A DNA stretch of 64,000 nucleotides from Candidatus Paracaedibacteraceae bacterium (GTDB taxonomy: Bacteria; Pseudomonadota; Alphaproteobacteria; Paracaedibacterales; CAIOTO01), in NCBI GenBank assembly GCA_030694965.1, contig JAUYTZ010000018.1, positions 17,559-81,558 on the forward strand, given 5' to 3'. The position numbers and the translations under genes are program-made. A model generated the notes under the pieces. The model worked only from the letters and a program-made list of their open reading frames with translations, was not told where the DNA came from and made no database searches. Each line of letters opens with the position of its first letter. The stretch's first letter is position 1. Shown piece by piece: positions 58,085-64,000 of the stretch.

Positions 58085-59038
58085 TTAACAGTCTTTCCAT
58101 TTTTTTTTAATAACGTCCCAAACATGATCAAATTTTAGTTCATCCATATAGCATTCTTGTTTCTTATGTGAAAATCCAGGTGTGTTAAAAAGCTCATCGT
58201 AACTTTTGGGAATACGTATAACAGTGTGGATTGAATTAGTTGGGTAGGGGCCATAAATGCGGTCACGCGATGGTCCAAAAAGCCCAATGACGGGTGTATT
58301 AAGTGCATAGCTCATATGCATAAGTCCTGAATCATTTCCTAAAAACAGATTCCCTTGTGCAATCAAAGCTGCCATATCAATAAGTTTCAAATCATGCATC
58401 TTTGCTAAATCAGTGCTAAATGTAATACGTGACCCGGGTAGTGTGCGAAGTGGCGTTAATTGTGGATCTTCTGATGGCGCTGTAATAACAAGAATATGCG
58501 CATCTGGGTATGTTTCACAGAATCGGTTCATAATTTCTTTGAAATCATGGATAGGCCATTGCTTCCCAATCCAATTAGCAACGGGAGCTATAACGAAGAT
58601 AGGTGCATTAGGTAAAAGGGCTTGCATTGCATTTTTTCGGTCTTCTGAAAGAATGATTTTGGGTGTTATTGGTGTAAGTCCTGCAATTGCTGATACTTGC
58701 TCAACCTTATGACGTTTGTCATTTGGTGTTTTTTTCCATATGAATCGTTTTTTCGAATTTAATAGGTAGCTAACGATAGATCCTCTTGTGTCAGCCACCC
58801 AATCCCATTTTTTTTTAACAGCTTTTTTCCATAAAAAAAACCAATGAAGGGAAGCCTTCTTTTTAGGAAAATGTATTATTTCGATGCAAGCTGGATCATC
58901 TTCGAAAAGTGATGCAACAAGTGGATCAGCTGCAACTGCGTAAGTCATATTCGGATTTTCTACGCGAAGTCCTTCAAGCAAAGATAGCGTCATGACTGCA
59001 TCACCAATACGGCTTGAAGTGATAAAAAGTCCAGCCAT
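58085..59038 (-). CDS. Glycosyltransferase family 9 (LPS heptosyltransferase-like)
   Basis: The start at 59038 (AAGGA 5 nt upstream) gives 'MAGLFITSSRIGDAVMTLSLLEGL'. C-terminal motif 'GNDSGLMHMSYALNTPVIGLFGPS'. Confidence 0.85.
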   Translation of the reverse strand: MAGLFITSSRIGDAVMTLSLLEGLRVENPNMTYAVAADPLVASLFEDDPACIEIIHFPKKKASLHWFFLWKKAVKKKWDWVADTRGSIVSYLLNSKKRFIWKKTPNDKRHKVEQVSAIAGLTPITPKIILSEDRKNAMQALLPNAPIFVIAPVANWIGKQWPIHDFKEIMNRFCETYPDAHILVITAPSEDPQLTPLRTLPGSRITFSTDLAKMHDLKLIDMAALIAQGNLFLGNDSGLMHMSYALNTPVIGLFGPSRDRIYGPYPTNSIHTVIRIPKSYDELFNTPGFSHKKQECYMDELKFDHVWDVIKKKWKDC

Positions 59039-59128
59039 GTGAGTCCTTTGTTTTTTATATTTAGTGTAATTGTACTGTAACAAGAAAAAAGTTGATTTTA
59101 AAGAATAGCTTTAACTACTAATTTATTT

Positions 59129-59605
59129 TTATGCGTGCCGGGCTGGTTGAGCCACTTGCACAGAAGATAGAGGCGTGGGGGCGGTTCTGGGAGGATATGT
59201 ATTGGCTGGACACCGTTCTGTTTTGCATCCTATAGGAATAATCGCATATTTAGGATGTTGAAAAGTTGGGCTAATTGTTGACATGATGCCTGAAAAGGCT
59301 AGCGTTGGGGTTTTGAATGTTTCTGTCAAGTGCGGTTCAGTCAGCACCCTATACGGCAATGTCCACACAAGGGTGTAAGTTGTCGTGTTGGTATGAGCGC
59401 TTGCATAAGCATTCGTAACGCATGACTGAGGTTGAATTAAAAGTGTTTGATGCTTGATTGCTGTGCCAAGTGGTGCAATAACTGTGATTGTTCTGTTCAT
59501 TTTTAGTTCAATGATTTGAAAAATAACAGATGTGCATAAAAGTGGCTTCTGTTCTGTGGCAAGTAGTTGTGGTGCGTAAAATAGCGACGCTAAGAAAATA
59601 TACAT
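59129..59605 (-). CDS. DUF2155-domain secreted protein
   Basis: The start at M24 of the track ORF (59605) gives the signal peptide 'MYIFLASLFYAPQLLA'. 'IIELKMNRTITVIAPLGTAIKHQTLLIQPQSC' and 'FSGIMSTISPTFQHPKYAIIPIGC' follow the DUF2155 pattern (LDK.TGR..., F.L....C ... SGWMF.SSP....HPVYDV....C). Confidence 0.6.
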   Translation of the reverse strand: MYIFLASLFYAPQLLATEQKPLLCTSVIFQIIELKMNRTITVIAPLGTAIKHQTLLIQPQSCVTNAYASAHTNTTTYTLVWTLPYRVLTEPHLTETFKTPTLAFSGIMSTISPTFQHPKYAIIPIGCKTERCPANTYPPRTAPTPLSSVQVAQPARHA

Positions 59606-59625
59606 TATACTTGGTATGTAATTGT

Positions 59626-61080
59626 TTACCAAATGCCAATAGCTTTCCACCATATCCCGCCAATACCAAGCCATATGATAATATTAACAACGCTCATGAT
59701 GAATCCATTTAACCACCATGCAGGCAATGTTACATACCCTGCTGCATACAAAATTGCACCAGCTGTTGTTCCATAATGCGTCATGCTAGAAAATAAGCTA
59801 CTAAAGAAGGCAAGAACAAGCGCCGCTAAAAGTGGAGGTGTTCCGACAGAAATGCTAACGGCTAAAAATGCTGCGTACATTGAACTTACGTGTGCGGTAT
59901 TGCTTGCAAATAGGTAGTGACTGTAAAAATAAGCAAGAATGAGAGTTAAGAATGCCCAGTGCCAACCCCAACCATGAACCATGTGTTCCATTATGCCGCT
60001 AAACCAGCCAATAAAGCCAAACTTGGTTAAAAATGTAGACATAGTTACCAAAATAGCAAGCCATATCATGGTATGCCATGCTTCATGTTCTGATAGAACA
60101 TCTCGCCAATTGATAACATCAGCAAAAAGTAATAAACATAGTCCCAAGAGGCCAGCTGTCGGTGCATTTACTGCAACACCAAAAAAATCAACAAAAACAG
60201 GTGATTCGCCAAACATCCATAAGAGCAGCATGACGCCAAATACGCTTGTCATGATCCATTCTTTTGTGCTCATTGGCCCCATTTCTTTAAGCTTTGCTGT
60301 TGCCATGTCTTTTGCTTGAGGCAGATGCTTAATCTCAGGCGGATAAATGACATAAAGAATTAAAGGGATAAGCATTAAGCTAACAAGTCCCGGTACGATT
60401 GCCGCGCTAAACCAGCTAATCCATGTGATTTTAACACCCAGGTCGCCGGCCATTGCTTGTGCGAGAGGATTCGCTGCCATTGCGGTTAAAAACATAGCAC
60501 TTGTAGATAGGTTTCCGTAAAAAGTTACCTGTGCTAAAAAGCTACCTAGTTTTCGTTGTGTGTTATTTTTAGGGGAACTATCAAATGCTTCTGAAATGGC
60601 GGTAATTATAGGCAGCATTATGCCACCTGTACGTGCTGAATTGCTTGGAATAAACGGTGCAATTAAAAGTTCAGTGAAAATAATGCCATAACCAAGACCA
60701 AGTGTTTTTTTGCCTAAAAGGCGCATAAAGCAATACGCGATGCGGGCGCCTAGATTTGTTTTGACAAAACCACGTGCAACCATGAAAACAAAAACAACAA
60801 GCCATATAATTGTGTCGCTAAAGCCGCTTAAGCCTTCTTTTAATGTAAGGACACCCGTTAAAATTGTGGCAAGCATTCCCATAAGTGCAAGTGTTCCCAT
60901 TGGAAATGGCTTTAGAACAATGGCCGTTATTGTTGAAACGAAAATTGAAAAAAGATGCCAGGCTTTTAGTTCTATTCCAGAAGGGACAGGAATGTTCCAA
61001 AGCACAACGCCAACAAAAATTGATATTGCGAATTTAACTAGATTATTGTGGCTCAAGGGAAACCTCCACGGGACGGCCAA
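59626..61080 (-). CDS. DASS-family anion:sodium symporter (2-oxoglutarate/malate translocator-like)
   Basis: 484-aa polytopic protein. 'GFSDTIIWLVVFVFMVARGFVKT.LG.RIAY' and 'PSNSARTGGIMLPI' are typical of DiT1/SodiT-type DASS carriers. The start codon is uncertain (TTG in the track). Confidence 0.8.
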   Translation of the reverse strand: MAVPWRFPLSHNNLVKFAISIFVGVVLWNIPVPSGIELKAWHLFSIFVSTITAIVLKPFPMGTLALMGMLATILTGVLTLKEGLSGFSDTIIWLVVFVFMVARGFVKTNLGARIAYCFMRLLGKKTLGLGYGIIFTELLIAPFIPSNSARTGGIMLPIITAISEAFDSSPKNNTQRKLGSFLAQVTFYGNLSTSAMFLTAMAANPLAQAMAGDLGVKITWISWFSAAIVPGLVSLMLIPLILYVIYPPEIKHLPQAKDMATAKLKEMGPMSTKEWIMTSVFGVMLLLWMFGESPVFVDFFGVAVNAPTAGLLGLCLLLFADVINWRDVLSEHEAWHTMIWLAILVTMSTFLTKFGFIGWFSGIMEHMVHGWGWHWAFLTLILAYFYSHYLFASNTAHVSSMYAAFLAVSISVGTPPLLAALVLAFFSSLFSSMTHYGTTAGAILYAAGYVTLPAWWLNGFIMSVVNIIIWLGIGGIWWKAIGIW

Positions 61081-61359
61081 TATTACTGAAAAATGTGATT
61101 TAGTATGGTTTTATAAATGCCAACAATGAACTGAAAATAGGTCAAATTCAAGAAAAAAATGGTAATTTTCAAAACAAAGGGATGCACAATAAATATATAG
61201 AAAAATTATTTTTAAATCTTGGTGAATAAGTACAAAAGATACTATTTTTTTGCCATATATTAAAATTTTAAACAAATTTTAATATATGTGATTTTAGAGT
61301 CAAAGTGGGCTTTATTAAATTGGCTAGCGATTAACTTTTAAGTGAAAGAATTTTACAAA

Positions 61360-62895
61360 ATGAAACACGTTAAAGCATGGCTTTTATTAGCCTTGGTGAT
61401 TAGTAGGGGAAGCACTCTTGGTTATTCTTTGGATGAGGGTAATCTATCATCTGCTGAAATAGATATTACCTCTGCATCAACTAACCCTCTGGTTCCCACC
61501 ATTTTGTGTGGTGGCTCTGGTTCCCGTCTTTGGCCAGCTTCTCGCGAACAAAGTCCCAAATTTTTTATGTCATTACCAGGTAACGAAAATTTTCTGCAAA
61601 CAGCATTTTTGAGAGGAGCTGGACTTAATAACGTATCCGACATATTAACAGTGAGTGGCGCTGATTATATGTTTCGGGTTGAAAGTGATTGTGAAAAAAT
61701 TCATGATAAAGCACATACCATTAAAAAGCATTACATTCATGAGCCATGTGCCCGCAATACAGCAGCGGCAATTGCAACTGCATGTTTGTATGCCAAGCAA
61801 AATATATCACCTGACGCTCTTTTGCTCGTTTTGGCTGCTGATCATATTATCGAAAACCAAGAAGCTTTTTCAAACGCCGTTCATGCTGCAACTGAACTTG
61901 CAAAAAATGATAAAATTGTAACATTCGGAATTACGCCAAGCAGACCTGAAACAGGCTATGGATATATTGAAGCGGATGGAATAAATGTACTTAATTTTGT
62001 TGAAAAGCCTGATTATGAAACGGCTGAATCATATATAAAATCAGGAAAGTTCATTTGGAATTCAGGCATGTTCTGTTTTAAAGTCACGAAAATGCTTGAT
62101 GAAATGGGACGTTATTGTCCTGATATTTTAAGAAATTCAACAATTGCTTTTGAAAATGCTAGAAAATCTCCATTTCATGTTTATCCAGAACGTGCTGATT
62201 TTGATGCCATTCGCTCGGATTCAATTGATTATGCTGTAATGCAGAAAACTAAAGATGCGAATGTTATCCCATGTGATATTGGGTGGAATGATATTGGTTG
62301 CTGGAAGTCATTAGGTAGTTTAGGAAAGGCAGATGAATCAGGCAATAAAATAGTGGGTGATGCTATTCTTGAAAATTGCACAGATTGTTTTGTGCAGGTG
62401 GAAAAAGATTTTATCGTTGGTGTCGTTGGATTAACTAATATTGCAGTTATTGTGACGCCAGACGCTATGCTCGTGGTTGATAAAAATTCAGCGCAAGATG
62501 TTAAGAAAATTTACGCAAAGCTTAAAAATAATAATCACGATGCGTATAAAATTCATAAGGCAGTTCATAGACCATGGGGAACATATGAGATCCTTAATGA
62601 AAGGGATGGCTTTAAAGTCAAACGCATTGAAGTGAAATCTGGTGCGAAGCTAAGTTTACAAAGCCATGAACATCGATCTGAACATTGGGTTGTTGTGCAA
62701 GGAACAGCAAAGGTTCTTAATGGCGATAAAGAACTTGAATTAACAGTGAATGGGTCAACTTTTATTCCTGCAAAAAGTTTACATCGACTTGAAAATATAG
62801 GTGATGAACTATTGATTTTAATTGAAACGCAAATAGGTAGTTATTTAGGCGAAGATGATATTAAGCGCTATGATGATGCTTATGGGCGTGTTTAA
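61360..62895 (+). CDS. manC: Mannose-1-phosphate guanylyltransferase / mannose-6-phosphate isomerase (type II PMI-GMP) with an unusual N-terminal extension
   Basis: 'ILCGGSGSRLWPASRE', 'LVLAADH', 'GYGYIE', 'FVEKPD', 'WNSGMFCF' and the cupin 'RPWGTYE...KRIEVKSGAKLSLQSHEHRSEHWVVVQGTA'. The ATG at 61360 (or GTG at 61342) adds about 45 aa that start with the signal-like 'MKHVKAWLLLALVISRGSTLG'. Confidence 0.9.
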   Translation: MKHVKAWLLLALVISRGSTLGYSLDEGNLSSAEIDITSASTNPLVPTILCGGSGSRLWPASREQSPKFFMSLPGNENFLQTAFLRGAGLNNVSDILTVSGADYMFRVESDCEKIHDKAHTIKKHYIHEPCARNTAAAIATACLYAKQNISPDALLLVLAADHIIENQEAFSNAVHAATELAKNDKIVTFGITPSRPETGYGYIEADGINVLNFVEKPDYETAESYIKSGKFIWNSGMFCFKVTKMLDEMGRYCPDILRNSTIAFENARKSPFHVYPERADFDAIRSDSIDYAVMQKTKDANVIPCDIGWNDIGCWKSLGSLGKADESGNKIVGDAILENCTDCFVQVEKDFIVGVVGLTNIAVIVTPDAMLVVDKNSAQDVKKIYAKLKNNNHDAYKIHKAVHRPWGTYEILNERDGFKVKRIEVKSGAKLSLQSHEHRSEHWVVVQGTAKVLNGDKELELTVNGSTFIPAKSLHRLENIGDELLILIETQIGSYLGEDDIKRYDDAYGRV

Positions 62896-63026
62896 TTTTT
62901 GCTGACAGGAAAGCGTAAGTCGTTTTTGAGCATTTTGAACTAAGAGTTTTCATAGGTTTTTAACTCACTAACTTGACTTACGCAGCAGTTTCATTCACCA
63001 AGCTTTGCGTTTATTTTTTTGCTATT

Positions 63027-63049
63027 ATTACCGCGCTTGACACGGTAAT
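63027..63049. repeat. Inverted-orientation copy of the TCAAG-loop hairpin
   Basis: attaccg-cgCTTGAca-cggtaat. The reverse complement aligns with the 27450-27476 hairpin at 22/27 positions, including one compensatory C-G to T-A change. Confidence 0.6.
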
Positions 63050-63353
63050 TTATTGTCTTGATCTTAAAAGAATAAATATTTATTTTTTATTTGAATTATT
63101 TTTTTGTTAATTATTTTTTGCTATTATTTACGTATAATTCTATGTTTCATCTTTTTTTATTTATGCTTAATATAAACTTAAAATAGAGTTTGCAATAGAA
63201 CATCTTTTGTCGCCATTAAGCTTGGTTCAATGCGTAAAAAATATTTTTTTTGAATACGTTTGTAAGGAGCTATTGTAATAAATAGAGGTATTTTTTGATA
63301 TAATATATTTTTTCATTGGTGCGATGTTAACTTGATAGTAGAGAGAGTCTCTT

Positions 63354-64000
63354 ATGAAAGATAACTATTTAACATCACTTTTCAAAACATTATTTACTTT
63401 AGCCCTTATCCAAAGCAGTTGCTTTTCTGTAACAGAAATTGATAATCCTTTTATTTCAAAGCGTAATTATGCTGAAATTTATGCGGCATCATTATCGTCA
63501 GAAGAAACATCCAGAAGTTCAACTGGTCGTGAAACTGAAATAAATTCGCCTGTTCTTGATCAAATAAACAACATGCTTTTACGTCATTATGGGGCGTTTG
63601 AGCTTACTGCTGAAACCTATCCTAAAATATCTCTTCTTGCACTTAAGTATGGAGAATATCCACATAATATTTCTTTTGATGCAATCAACACCAAGGTGTC
63701 CTTGACATGGAATAGAAAAGGAATTGCATGGTGGGGAGGGGCCAAAAAACCAAAGACTTTTGTTTTTCAGTTAATAGCTTTACGTGGTGCATCTAAGGCA
63801 CGTCAACCTGCAACGCATCAAGATAGTCAGCTTTCTCTGCTTCCTGTTGCAGCACCTGTTGTTGACAAAAACAAGCTAGCTTCTTTCGGTGGTCATCATA
63901 ATATTTCTTCTTCTCAGGCTATTACCAATCATCATGAACGAACCAAACCAATACCTTTTCAAGCACGAGTGCCAGTGCAGCAAAAGCCCGCGTTATGGCT
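63354..64000 (+). CDS. Hypothetical secreted protein (partial; continues past the right edge)
   Basis: My own translation from the ATG at 63354 is open to the end of the window (215 codons). The N-terminus is the signal-like 'MKDNYLTSLFKTLFTLALIQSSC'. It is absent from the track because no stop codon lies in the window. Confidence 0.5.
   Translation, partial: MKDNYLTSLFKTLFTLALIQSSCFSVTEIDNPFISKRNYAEIYAASLSSEETSRSSTGRETEINSPVLDQINNMLLRHYGAFELTAETYPKISLLALKYGEYPHNISFDAINTKVSLTWNRKGIAWWGGAKKPKTFVFQLIALRGASKARQPATHQDSQLSLLPVAAPVVDKNKLASFGGHHNISSSQAITNHHERTKPIPFQARVPVQQKPALW

Noticed and set aside
57825-58100. 91-aa minus-strand ORF across the 15-bp repeats
   Set aside because: It overlaps the 3' end of the GT9 gene, has no RBS and no signal sequence, and its (TSSF)n product looks like a by-product of the repeat. 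The plus-strand signal-peptide ORF is preferred, with low confidence.
1-64000. Scan for tRNA, rRNA, tmRNA, RNase P RNA, CRISPR arrays and known defence or secretion gene clusters
   Set aside because: I could recognise no cloverleaf-like or conserved RNA-gene sequences in the intergenic regions. There are no regularly spaced identical repeats with unique spacers and no cas, restriction-modification, toxin-antitoxin or secretion-apparatus genes. Detection of ncRNA by eye is weak, so absence is not proven.

Overview
AT-rich (roughly 38-40% GC by eye, not computed) chromosomal segment. The gene content points to an alphaproteobacterium with an intracellular or symbiont lifestyle, by inference only: DUF4167 upstream of era, DUF2948, DUF2155, and RNase E with a large insertion in the S1 region. 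About 60 genes can be supported. Most are housekeeping. They cover envelope and LPS functions (lptF-lptG-lptD, surA, kdsA, kdsD, a GT9 heptosyltransferase, manC, arnD plus a stand-alone ArnA decarboxylase domain, mraY, murD, ftsW, glmM), RNA, DNA and translation functions (rne, uvrD, era, ychF, tsaE, rpmE, a ProQ/FinO protein), and central metabolism (tpiA, ald, gmk, rdgB). I found no tRNA, rRNA or CRISPR array, and no recognisable multi-gene defence or secretion system. The accessory or unusual content is:

- An intact IS6-family element with no target-site duplication, and a stub of an IS5-like transposase.
- A co-oriented cluster of LEA/YtxH-like repeat proteins next to a ProQ/FinO gene and a 750 bp non-coding tract.
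- A dispersed composite repeat family: a GGAT-hairpin-TGAC module, often with a TCAAG loop, followed by degenerate ~18-25 bp tandem 'GAGGATGACAAAA' units. It occurs at four or more intergenic sites.
- Eukaryote-like proteins: a tripartite mitochondrial-carrier-like protein and an ankyrin-like secreted protein.
- A D-amino-acid-oxidase homolog whose motif order looks circularly permuted.
- An RpiB-MazG fusion.
- Several orphan secreted proteins, including one of 710 aa.
- A 46-aa signal-peptide ORF carrying four perfect or near-perfect 15-bp repeats.

All functional calls rest on motif recognition by eye in the supplied translations. No database search was run.
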